Assembly (NCBI GenBank): GCA_051362555.1
Contig: CM120644.1
Location: 16,638,534-16,702,533, forward strand
DNA length: 64,000 nucleotides
Source: Lingula anatina
Taxonomy: Eukaryota; Animalia; Brachiopoda
Direction of reading: 5' to 3'
Part shown: one piece after another, positions 12,969 through 25,402 of the stretch
How the letters are laid out: each line of letters begins with the position of its first letter
How positions within the stretch are numbered: position 1 is the first letter of the stretch
The notes under the pieces: generated by a model
Database searches by the model: none
Told to the model about the DNA's origin: nothing
What the model saw: only the letters and a program-made list of their open reading frames with translations
Program-made: the position numbers and the translations under genes

Positions 12969-14546
12969 GTATAAAGTCAAGAAATACCCCCTCCCCCCAA
13001 GACAAATGTAGCCCCTTCACCTTGTAACCTTGAACTAGCCAAGTTTCAGTATTTGGAGCTCGATTTTAATTGTGAAGATGGGAACTTGGGTGTGTTTATT
13101 AGACAGGAAGGAGGGAATGAATGTACATTTTCCTTATTAATGAGTCTGCCTCAAAATGTCAACCTTTCTATGTATTTTGCATTATCTAAAAGCAGTTGAG
13201 CAACACAAGTGTGCTGGTATCATGCAGTGATGTAATGCAATATTTATAAAGATCATATTATCCCTAGCTTTTATGATTTATGTAATTGATTTTCTGCATT
13301 GATTTAATCTGAGAACATAAATTTCAGAAGTGGCAGCTCGCGAAACGCGTACACGCATGCAGGAAGTGACTCCATTGTCCCATTTTATCATGAAGTAAAA
13401 AACAATAATTCATAAAATGAACCAAAATTTTGGTTAAGAAATACTGACACTCATCAATTGATGAATACATCATATGCTGTTACATTCCATAGCCATAATT
13501 TTGTGACCAAATCACAGGTTATTATCCCGTCGCTATTTTACTACATGCTGACATTTGACTTGATTTGTAAAGTAGTTTCATGTAATTTATATCATTATTT
13601 AATTAATTTCCAGACATCTAAATCGGTTTTACTACATACAAATTGATCTGAAATAGGAATTTTCCGAAATTAAATTTGGCCATGAAATCACTTCTACGAT
13701 ATTATCTTGTAACTCAGGGTGTTTCTGAACCAGAGGCAAGATGTAAAATAGGAGGGGGGAATCAGTAGCACAAATAATTAAAAGATTAAAAGGCCTCTCG
13801 GCTTCCGACCTGAGCCCTTTTACCCACATTTTAGTCACTTAAGTCAACGGTTTATTTACACTCCTCCTTGAAAAACACTTGAAAAAAATTGGCTCTCTTC
13901 GCTGATCAAAGGATTGGGTTTGGCGCCCTTTCTTGGTGCGTGGGTATTGCCATGCGTGTTCAGGGCAGAGCATGATACTCCGTGATGTGTGGTTAATATG
14001 AAAAATGTTCAGCTTTGGATTTAACAGACTGGTTACAGAGAACTTTGGACACTTATTTTGTGAAAATTTTAGCAGACTTCTACTTCCACTGACTTTATTT
14101 TTTGTTCGTTTGCATGGTACCTTGGCTACGTAATGATAATTATTAGATTTTAGCATTATATACTGTTACAAGTCATATTTCTATAAAGAAGGCACAACAT
14201 ACACTGAAATGGATAGCTTTGAAAATATATAGGCACTATGTCTAGTAATTGAAGTAAAATGTTTTTGTTAAGTATATGGGTGTAACCTTATTTTTTAAAA
14301 ATGCCTTTGTGAGGAAAGTGCCTCTCGGAAAATTGTTATTGACATTTTCATAAATTCTGTCAGCGTGACTTATACTGAATTGTGGGCTGGAATTTCCACT
14401 GAAGGGGCCCCATTCTTCGGACTCTTGTGTTATGTGCCTTGAAACTGAAATTTGATAGTGAGTTTGAAGGATATGTGTGGTATAACCTAAGAGTTGACCT
14501 GTAGATGATGTCACCAATGCTTGAACAAAATTTGTACTGTTACTGA

Positions 14547-14720
14547 GGGGCCGTAGCGATAGTCCGAAGGTTCAAAAGTCCGAAGGTTCATTGGTCCGAA
14601 TGTGCACTATAGAACCTTCGGACCAATGAACCCTTGATTAAAAAATCGATAATAATGTTACCACTTTTCGGACCAATGAACCTTCGGACCAATGAACCTT
14701 CGGACTATCGAGACGCCCCC
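14547..14720. mobile_element. MITE with 8-bp TSD and internal GTCCGAAGGTTCA repeats
   Basis: TSD GTTACTGA at 14539-14546 and 14721-14728; cgatagtccgaaggttca / tgaaccttcggactatcg inverted subterminal repeats. Confidence 0.88.
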
Positions 14721-15632
14721 GTTACTGAATGTTAGACCTTTTTCACATCGTTCCATTTTTTTTGCTGCTTTGCACCATTTTGACTGGTCCTCACAAGTAA
14801 TTACATTACAGGGAGGGGGTGATTAAAAGTCTAATAATGCAGAGATTAAGTGGAATGTGATGTGGTCTACTTGGTTGATCACAGGGAGGAGGTTTTGTAA
14901 TATATATGGGTGGGATAAAGGGGGAAAGGTCAAGTAAGGTCAGAGGAGCTTGAGACCCTTGGGGGGGGGGGAGGGGGGGTTGACAGGACAGGAGCAGATC
15001 CAGAGGTATTTTATGAGTCTCTTCCTTATTATCTTTGTTGATCCATCCTCCATCTTTGAGGGTCTATTGACATGAAAAAATTAGATACTCGTCAGTGTAA
15101 ACTTGAAAATCTGACCGTCTTCCAGAAGACCCAAAAGCGGGCGTTAATCTGCCAGTGTAGGAGGTTCTATGGTTTTAAAGGAGTACACATGACTATATTG
15201 TGGAATTTACAGTGGATGAGAAGGGAGAGGATTGTGTTATGCACAAATGGGTGGGAGGTGAAGGGAAAGGTCATAAGGTCGATATCAGTCAAAGAACAAA
15301 AGAGAACAACTTGAGTTTTGGAGTATTTTAAATGGCTTGGTATGAAATCAAATTAGTTTTATAATTGATATGGGCGGGTTTGCTCAGGGAAGGTCACTCA
15401 AAGGTCAGATGAGGATAGCGTGGCTGGAGTCCTGTAGAAGAGATGCCAATGTTTAAGAACATTTGACATCTACATTGAGGTATTATATTATCACAGCCAG
15501 TAGCCAGAACTTTCAAAAGGGATATTTTTTTTCTCAAAAAGTGGAGGTTTTACCATGGAACCTCTGCATACCAAGATAAAAATTTACCCAGAGGAGACCT
15601 TTTCCCATCAAATGGGAGGTTGGGTCCCCCCC

Positions 15633-15663
<31 letters not shown>

Positions 15664-17493
15664 ACCCCAAACTCCCCCCACCCCCCATCTCCTGTATCAT
15701 AGTAATTTTTAAAGATTATTGCACATGCAGATGTGGCCTTGTACCTCAGCATCTAGTAACCCATAATTCTCCTGCCAAGAGATGGATGGAAAGGTACTTG
15801 TTGCCTCCATCAATCTTGTCATGCCTTGAACCTGGGAGTGAAATGCTCAAATCTGCCAGGTATCTTGGGATTATCTGGCTCATTACAAGGCTTTTCTTTT
15901 TAATTTGAAATGAGTTTTTGTTTCCTTGATGGTTGTTTGTTTTATAAAGTGATGATTTTTATTGCCAGCTTGGTTAAGTTCCGGTTTGGGCTCAGAATAT
16001 TCCAGGAGTTGAATTCGTTACTAATTTTATTGATTGATGTTTTTGTATCAAATAAAAGAACGAGTTGTAATCACAATGTAAAAATTGAAGTTAAGTACCA
16101 GATTGATTGGGCAATCATCAGGATAATTCTTTTTACAATGAAAATGGATACATTGGCTATAAAGACTGAGTGGAGAGCAGAATGATATAAGCCAAATTGG
16201 CTTAGTGAAGCACAGTCACTGGAAAAGGGGATCATTTGGGACATTGTAATTTGCAAATGAAAAAAAAAAGCAGAATCTTCCAAACCTCTATAGAAATGTA
16301 TTGTCTTGTCCCTCTATCCTCCAAGGTTTTTGTGGAAAAATTATACCTTTTAAGCTTGTTCGTCCACTGCATTGGTTCTACTATATAACAGGGGCATGGT
16401 TACTAGTACTACAGCATTGCCAGGCACCAGTAACAGGGGTAATTGCCATTCATTTCGACGTAATTGACCATTTTCTCAGTCACATTAGATTTATTTATCT
16501 GATCTATTTGCGCATTCATGAAGTAGTTCCAAGACTTGGGTGTAAAGCCCTAGAAAACTGGTGTGTCTGAAATCTGTTATATTTACAAGGATGGTAGCTT
16601 TTTTATGGCTCTTTTCCAAACTCATTGTTATCTCCTATATTTAGTTCTAAATAAAAAATTTAAAAGTCTGTATTACTGTGTCAATGGCAGTGAGTAAAGT
16701 AACAGAGTCAAAGTTGAAACCCATCAATTTATTTTCATTTTATTGTATTGAAAAGATATATCAGACATATATCACTTTGCTAGTCATTTTTTAATCAATT
16801 TTCAGATTTGATGTTCGAGACTTTTCTTAATTCAGTTTTGTATCAGTTTTGCTGGTATTCTTATTTTTCTAATATCATGACGGAATTACAATGCATTTTG
16901 AATGCAATTTTTCCAGCGGTACTCTTATAGTTAAAACAATAGCAGAAGTTATCAAAGCTGTCGGACGAAAAATATTGGATTAACACACACAAAGTTGAGA
17001 AGCTGACTTGAAACAGAAACGACATATTTTATGGTTGAACAAGTCGTAATGTGCCATAGTCAGCAATAAAGCCTCGGCAGTACTGTTTTTTTTTTTTTTT
17101 TGGAACTTGCAATGCTTTTTTTATGGCAGTAGCACATATATAGTGGCAGTCGTAGTAGTTAAAGAGCAATTTTTTCTGACGAAAACGCACCAGGTGTTAC
17201 CATTATCAGCATTCACTTCACATTACCTCACATCCGAACTGACAAAACTAATGGCGGTTTAAATTAAAGAAACTGGAAATGTAATAAAAATTCTAGGAGC
17301 AAATTAAAGGAAAACGGACTGTGTCATCTGTTACTTTTCATCTCCCTCACTTTCCATTGCTGTGCATGTAAAAATTACAGTAGTATCAATTATATTGGAA
17401 GTTTTTTTATTGGCAGTGTAAACGTTCACAGTAGGTAGGGCAGAGGTAATTTGTGAATGTATTGATATTTACTCGAAAGCTTGAATTCCTATG

Positions 17494-17526
<33 letters not shown>

Positions 17527-17586
17527 GCAAGCATTTGCTTATTTTGTTTAATTTTCATGCATTCTATAACTTGCTCGTTCTTTCAG

Positions 17587-17645
17587 ATATGGTAAGATCA
17601 CCTCCACAAAGGCAATAATTGACCAAGCAACAAACAAATGTAAAG
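17587..17645 (+). CDS. shep: RBMS/shep coding exon 2 (RRM1)
   Basis: tttcag/gtaaat; phase-consistent; YGKITSTKAIIDQATNKCKG. Confidence 0.95.
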
Positions 17646-17978
17646 GTAAATACATTGGTGGCAGCGGGTGGGATGAAATGTGCTCCACAGCTTAATCTTC
17701 ACCTCAATAGTTATCTTTTTGTATGTTTATAATACTAAATGATACTTCAAAGCCAAATTAATTGAAGGAGAAAAGTAGTATTTTTCTTCATTTGTTTTTG
17801 TTTTAATACAACATTTTTTTCATTCTTTTGTAAGTCATTCAAAAAAGATGTTTTTAATTTATTTGTTTCCTTTTAATATCGTCTTTTCTTCTTTCTTCTG
17901 TAACTCATTCAAAAAAGTTCTCATTTTTTAATTTATATGTTTAGTTTTCATATCCTCTTTTCTTCTGTCTCCTTGCAG

Positions 17979-18070
17979 GGTATGGTTTTGTGGACTTTGA
18001 ATCTCCCCAGGCCGCTGACATAGCCGTGAAGGCACTGCAGGCTCAAGGTGTCCAGGCACAGATGGCAAAG
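17979..18070 (+). CDS. shep: RBMS/shep coding exon 3 (RRM1 RNP1)
   Basis: ttgcag/gtaggc; [31 protein letters not shown]. Confidence 0.95.
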
Positions 18071-21000
18071 GTAGGCAATGTGAGTAACATCTGGGGAGTG
18101 GACACATTGACCACAACATCCTTATTTCTTTAATTAAGTTTAGTTGTTATGTATTTTAATTTTAAAAGTATGATGGTATAAATGATTTTCATTTTTTATA
18201 CATAAAGGTTTTATGGTTTTAAATTGGGAAACAAATGAAATGATTTTTAATGAGGTAATTTCATTATTTAAGATAATTATAAAATGAAAGTTGTTTTCGT
18301 GAATACATTTTCTTGATGCCATCCTCAAGACAGGACCATAACACCTTCAGGCCTGCTACCTTAGGAAAATAATTTTGTTCGCTTACTGATACTTCTTATT
18401 AAATAACTGAATAATATTCTGACCAGGTATGCATAATTAAAATGGCGAATGATTGCTTCGCATTGCCACATTTTGAAGTGAAATGTGCACATATGTAGAT
18501 AGACAGAATGTTGTTCAACTAATTTTCAAACAAATGAGAAAACACCACTTCCAAATCAGATGTGTAAAACAACTATCTCGATTCCTCCAGTCCAATTTTG
18601 CAACCCCACCTTGTCACAGAATTTCGGTACACAGCACATTTCGTGTACATTCCATCATCAAAAAAAAAAAAAAAAAAAAAAAAAAAACATCTGTAAGTAA
18701 CACGTCCTGGAAAACAAACCAACACTGATCTATTACTAATTGTTCTCGCGAGCAGGAGACTGGCAATTAAAAGAGCATCCTTAAGATTTATTGTGCCGGT
18801 AGCAATGGCTAATTGATCACCCAAGAACAGCTGAGAGAGGATGAGGTAGAAGGCAGCTGGTAGGCGGGAGAGGCCCCGGTTTACAGAGATGTCAGACTGT
18901 GTCTTAGACTTTGTAATTGATAGGTTCACCTGGTCCTGCGTTCTTGAATGTGTGCTCTCACAAGATTGCTCATAGCGACATCAGTATGGCCACTCTCTTT
19001 TACGATTCTATGCACCCATGCTCTCACAGGTTGATTCTTTTGAGAATTTTGTCAATTGCGTTTGGAATTCTCATGGATTGAACATTTTATTTCTTTATTT
19101 ATTTTTGTATATTATTTTATTTCACCACTTTGTAAGGAATTGTTAATCAGTTTTGTTCAAGTTCAGTAAGAAATGCCAAAAGACTTTTTGACTGTACTTG
19201 TTCCCATCATAGAGTTCTTACACGCATACCGCCAAGGTCCTGGCCAGGGGGTTACATACTTTCTAGACAGAAATAAGTGTTCAGTTTCTCCACTTACTGT
19301 TAATCTTTTTTTTCACTGACCTTTCCACAGAGAGGCAGTTTGTTTAGCATAGGTGGCCAGAACGCTTACCTGCCAGTATGGCTCTATATGTATGTATGGT
19401 TTATTATTTCTCTTGGGCCCACTTAAAGAACCACCAATCTGAAACTCTACTCCATTCTAACTTTGTTGTAAAACAGGGCTAATATCTTTATTAAAGTGGA
19501 GTGAAACCGATTTGTTTTAGGTCAGTGTTCGCAAAAGATCTTCAGTCTTTGAGTTAAGATGTACTTTCGGCTTAAAGTTCTCATGTGAAAAGTGATCCTT
19601 GAAGCCATGCAGTTGTTCAGCATGAGAAGTAATCTCATTACTTAAAAAGCATTAAGTCTGTTTGGATAGAAAATGGAAATATATTTCACAGTTTAAATCC
19701 CATGAGCAATCCCAGAATTGAATGGAAAGATTTTAGACCAAAAAAAAAGAAAAGAAAAAAAAGCTGCAAAATTGTTGCCCTAAAATGCAAAATTAAATAG
19801 GAAGTTTTGAGACAACAAAGATATGTGAATTTTTGCCCCTGAAACACATCAATCTCTGTCTGTATATCTTTAACTATCCATTATATGAAGCGATTGTCCT
19901 TTCATGAAATGCGCATATGACCGTCATCCGAGGACAAACACGCAATGATTTATGGTTGAAAAAAGCCTATTTCCTATGTCAGGGATTTGAGTGGAACTTA
20001 AAATAATAAGTGTATGTACTTGAACAAACGTTTTGCTCTGGTTTTAAATGGTTGGCATGTAGTGCTGAAGTTCATCATCTAGAGTCACTTGAAGTGGTGT
20101 TGGTGTAAGATCGCTGTAACTTGAAAGGCTTTCGTTCTATACTTGCATTTAAGGGTCTTTGGTGAATGACACGCAATAGTTAAATTAAAAACTGGATTAT
20201 GTCGTCTCAGCATGCGCCCCTTTTTATGCAGGAAACCTGACAAAATGGGAGTACTGGTCCCCAGCTTGGGTTTAGGAAGGCCAGTTTACACTGGAAGGAA
20301 ATGGAACCATTTTGTCATGGTTCGATCCAAGATTGTTCCGTTTAGATTGCAATCAATGTGATGTCAAAGGTAGATTTAAAGAGTATAGCAGATGAAAGTT
20401 GAGATTCTTCGAGGCATAACAAATACGTCTCTGAAGTTATGCCCTATGGGTTTGATCCAGGAGCGCATTAATGCATTAATGACCGCAGTGTAAACTCCCC
20501 AAGAGCAAAATATATAAAGAGTAGATCTTAAAGTTCAAGGCATGTTACACTTGACCGACTTTAATGAAGCAGCTCAAACTTATTTGACAGAACAGACTTT
20601 TTGAAGTCTAAATGTCACGGAGTGGCTTAAGTAATGATTTAATCAGGCATAAATGAGCATACTTCCTGTATATAAAAGAGACCTACTGAAAGTGGCCATA
20701 TTCCTTACTAATAGACTGGAGAGTTTTGCTGTATTTGTTTCATATAAATAAGGTCTTATTCTTCAGATCCTCATTTGTTGACCGAGTACATATTTTCTTA
20801 GACCTAGAGGCTGTTTTCCATTTTTGATACTGATATATTACAATTGTTCAGATCATGCTTCTCTTTTCTCACATTTTAATGTAAAAAAGAGTGGACATTT
20901 CCCATTGTCACATTGAGGTCCTTTCCTTCTGTGATACGAATTGTACAACTACATCATATTCCGCATATCAGCATGTCCTCACAAAAAAGATAAATTGCTT

Positions 21001-23279
21001 AAACACACTTTTTACACCTAATGTCAGCAAAATTAAATGTTCTTTTGGAAGATTGGTCATCTATGAAAGCCTATAATGTACTCTGTAAACAGACAATTTT
21101 GTTGACCTTCTTGCTCTCATGGCTTCAAAATGCATTTCATCCTTGCTGAACTTGATTCGGAGAAAGATTCTAGGCTCAAAGGCAGCATGCTTCTTTGTGG
21201 AGGAAATTAATAGTCACAAAAATGTAGATTTAAGTTACCTGACCTGTATCGAGGGTTTCACCTTAAAAACCCATCTCCTAAATATTGCTCCTGTGATTCT
21301 TTATATAATTTTAAAGACATCTGTATACAGATCAGGAAGAAAACATTTTTCAAAGAAGGGGAGTGCATAAAAAAAGGCATAGAAGATGTAGAGAATGAGG
21401 ATGAAAAGAATGAAATGGAAAGAATGGGAATTGATGATGTGTGTAAGACTAAAATAAACCCAAAAAAGGAATCATGCAACCAATTCCAAGTCAGAAGTCA
21501 AGGTGAAACAATTTGTGAAATCCAAGATTAGATAAAAACTTGTGCAATCTAAGGCCAGATGAATATGGGTTATAGGAAATCGAGGGGAAATAAATTTCTT
21601 TGGAGATTGTCCTTGTTATCAAGGTTGTTCATTTGTCCTCAGAGCATTTGAGTCCTAAGGTCAGATGAATAGTTTGTCACGTGGTTGGCATTGTCCCCAG
21701 TTGACCCTCGTGATCAAGGTGTCATCCAACCATGGGTCAGCAGTTGACACTGTCCCCAGTTGCCATGGCGATTTGTAAACTTAACAGAAGACATCTATTT
21801 GAATTATTGTAAGGCAGTGAAGTTTTTTTCATGGTGACAAAGTGAGTTACAGTTATGAACTGTTTGGTGGCATATAGGTGGATTTGATTAGTGGATAAAA
21901 AATCCTCCTTAACTGTAGCTTGGATTTGTTTTCAAATTTCATATTTAATCTACGCTGCTAATAAGCCCTTCTAAGAAATTCGCACCAATTCAAAATTTAA
22001 AAAAAAACCTCAGAATGACAGCACACAATAAAGCAAACATGTTTATTCATTATTCTAACCACCCAAGTCATAAACTTCTAACATTGCCACATTTTACCCA
22101 AAAAATACATGCTGAAATTGGAACTAGGCCAACTTAAAAAAAAAAAAACTTGTGCAGAAGCACCTTGGTTTTAAATCTTAGTTCAAATTCCTCCGTCTGT
22201 CAAGCTACCCCAACATCATACAATAGTTTTGGATCAAGTATCATAGAAACAACAAATACAATTATGTTTTGGACTTCTCCGATTCCTCGCAAACATTTCA
22301 CAAAGCGTCATTTGATGACTTTGTGGCTGGGAGCATTTTCTGGAGTATATTATTCTTCCAGCTGAGTAGACATGTGTTAGGAATTCCTGTCTGGATTAGA
22401 AAGTAGTAGAGTTACCTCGTGGAGGTTTTAGACATTACCTTAAAAAAGAGAGGCAATAAAAATTGGCAGCTGTGAAAATAAACCTGGTAATGATGGATAG
22501 GAAAAGTTTCACAGTCAGGGAGAGCTTGACACTTGATTTTAATGAAATTATAAACAGCCCATACCTCCAGATACACACATATATATATACAGAATTAGAG
22601 TTGTGAAAAAGCAGGTACCTGAGCATTGGGCATTAAAATATGCCCAATATAGCTTAAAATGCGAGTTAAATTGTTGCAAAAGATTTTTGACATATGAAAA
22701 AATTAGATCTGAAGGTACATTTAAAATTTGAAATCCAAAATAAAATAAAAATTTAACTAGTTGGGAAATTTAAGACAACTGCATATTCTTCAACTATGTT
22801 CATTTTTTTTATGGTATATTCTTTATGAATAAAACACCATTCATGCTTTTAATGCATTCATATATCTACCTATTTTTCATTCCAGAATTCCAGAGAGGAG
22901 ATTTTTATGAAACAGGCAGTCGGTTCCTGAATGTATTTCCTCATTCCAGAGAGAAGAGGCCCCCCCCCAAAAAAAAAAAAAAAAAATTGTCTCTTACTTT
23001 TCTCTAATATCACTGTGGACCTTAAAGCCAAGATGTCCATCTTTTCATGAGAGCCTGCTTTGAGCTGTCTTTCAATTTTTCTATTTTTTTCCTACAATCA
23101 TCAATTCTTCCAACACAGATCTTACTTTGCATGAAATTTACAGGGACATTTTCTCCCATTCCAGTCAACACTAGGAGAGTCATATTTTGGGTCTTATTTT
23201 TGGTCTGAACTTCTTTACTTTCTATAGAAACAAGTGCAACACAAAATTTATCTCTCCCTCTCTCTCTTTCTCATTTCAG

Positions 23280-23499
23280 CAACAAGAAGAAGACCCCACA
23301 AACCTCTACATTGCTAACCTTCCCATGTACATGACAGAGCAGGATCTAGAAAATATGTTCACCCCCTACGGAACTGTCATTTCCACAAGGATCCTAAGAG
23401 ACCAGAGTAGTAACAGCAGGGGGGTGGGGTTCGCCAGAATGGAAAGCAAAGAGAAATGTGACCAGATTAAACAGGCATTCAATTCAAAGATTTTACCAG
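23280..23499 (+). CDS. shep: RBMS/shep coding exon 4 (RRM2)
   Basis: tttcag/gttagt; [15 protein letters not shown]...[15 protein letters not shown]...ILPG; overlaps ORF 23187..23504. Confidence 0.95.
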
Positions 23500-23833
23500 G
23501 TTAGTTAGGTTATTGTTTGAATTATTCTGGATTATGATATGGGTTAGAAAGAATGTACAGATAATTTTGTTAAAAACTTTTTGAGAATCTTAATGATTTA
23601 TTACAAAAATCAAGCAGACTTCATGTTCCTCTAAAAATATGGTGAATGTATACATAAGAAGCCTTGGAACAGCCTAACCTTGGATTATATATTATTCAAG
23701 CAAGAAATAGTATAGCGTGGTTGCTTGTGGGGAGCTGCTGACCTTGAAAAAAAAGGGATATATTCAAAACACATAACACCGGAAGCAATGGCGATTCATT
23801 TGATTAAATTATGTGTTTTAATCCCCTCACAAG

Positions 23834-23931
23834 GTTGTAAAGACGCCCTCTTGGTCAAAAATGCTGATGGCGGAAACAAGAAGAAGACACAGTACAAACA
23901 GAACCCAGGATGGACAGACCGCGGCGGGGAG
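23834..23931 (+). CDS. shep: RBMS/shep coding exon 5 (end of RRM2)
   Basis: AAG acceptor, gtaata donor; GCKDALLVKNADGGNKKKTQYKQNPGWTDRGGE; phase-consistent. Confidence 0.9.
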
Positions 23932-23995
23932 GTAATAGCCTCTTTAACTCATATTTTTTGTTTCTTTCAAATATTCTTTGCTCATGGAGATATTA

Positions 23996-24008
23996 ACACA
24001 CACACACT

Positions 24009-24071
<63 letters not shown>
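23996..24071. repeat. (CA)n microsatellite
   Basis: Direct reading. Confidence 0.95.
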
Positions 24072-24074
<3 letters not shown>

Positions 24075-24328
24075 GGCTACATTCACATTGAAACTATCGG
24101 GCTAGCTGCTGAGCACTAATTCTACGGGAACTCATTGAATGCAATCAGATTAACACACTCAAATGTGCCTTTCTTACATTGAGTAGAATATAGAAAAGCT
24201 GGTGATTAAGCGAGTACATTGGAAACCAGAGGTGGGGTGTTAGTCTGTTAACCTGATGGCATTCAGTCAGAGTCCCTGTGGCGTTAGTGTGCAGTAGCTA
24301 GCATGATAGATTCATGGTGAAAGCACCC
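24075..24328. mobile_element. Copy of the GGGT(A/G)CATTCACA MITE
   Basis: ggctacattcacattg...ggtgaaagcaccc with TAA/TTA flanks; shared gaatgcaatcagattaac core. Confidence 0.7.
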
Positions 24329-24610
24329 TTATATGCTCAACATGTAGAGGCCACAATGAACGTACTAGGATGTACTTATATATTGCCACATACTGAAAGT
24401 CCAGAAATAGGTTTAAAACTATTTATTTATTGTTCCTTGCTTGAAATTCTCACCAATAATGAATTAATTGGCTGTCAAGTGGAGAACGCATATGCATTTA
24501 ATTTCAAAACCTGTTTCTAAATTTACAAAGTCAAAAAATTAAGCTGTGACTTTGACAATGTTGATAACTGTGAAATGATGTGTAAACAACTGTTTATTCT
24601 TTGTTTCCAG

Positions 24611-24654
24611 GGAATCGCACTGGCGTATGATCAGAGTGCGGCTGTTCAGAATGG
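24611..24654 (+). CDS. shep: RBMS/shep coding exon 6
   Basis: ttccag/gtaaga; GIALAYDQSAAVQNG resembles the RBMS (L/M)xLxYDP...QNG segment. Confidence 0.88.
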
Positions 24655-25242
24655 GTAAGACAAAAAAGTACACAGGATGTCAAGACTCATGGAACATTTA
24701 CATTTTGATATATGTTAAATGATAAAAGCAGGTTAAAATTTCTGTAGACTTGACACAGAGTTTGTCTCTTTATATTCTACAAACACTCCTTGTATACAAT
24801 ATACAATAATTTTTTTTAATTTTATGGTTGATAAAATGTTGAATTTAGAACACTAGAAAGGTAGCAACAGTATTATAAACTTAGTGAGAGTCAGTTTTTA
24901 ACCTTGGTTTTAGTAAATCTTTGATTGATAAATGATAACTATCATTCTACAAAGATCAATCCAACTCAGTGGGTACACTCTCTGAATGCAAACGGATTAA
25001 CATTTTATCACACCTCCTCCTGGCATTGAGTAATATACAGAAAAGGTGGTGATTATGTAGACTTTGGAAACAAGAGGAGGCCAGTTAAACTGATTGCATT
25101 TAGCAAGAGTTGGATAGCCCCATGTAGACTGATAGTTTTATTGGTAATAGGCCTTTATAACAGACTGTTACATATGACGTATACAATTATATGTCTACAA
25201 TTGTCAGCCTATGATGTTATCCATGTCATTTTATCATTACAG

Positions 25243-25402
25243 CCTTTATCCTTATAGCCTCGCACAGACTATGATTTCGCCAGGGATGGTCCCCCGTTAC
25301 ACGGTCGCAACCACCGCCGCGGCGGGCAACTATCCCGTGCAAACGGGGGGCACGTCTTGGATGTACCACCCTCAGCACGTTATGCAATCCGCCATCACGC
25401 CC
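25243..25402 (+). CDS. shep: RBMS/shep coding exon 7 (low-complexity Pro/Gln/Tyr region)
   Basis: ttacag/gtaagt; LYPYSLAQTMISPGMVPRY...TSWMYHPQHVMQSAITP; phase-consistent; alternative splice sites possible (see findings). Confidence 0.85.

Noticed and set aside
14560-14710. CRISPR-like short repeats (GTCCGAAGGTTCA)
   Set aside because: Eukaryotic context, no unique spacers, repeats are inverted about the centre and bounded by an 8-bp TSD, so a MITE
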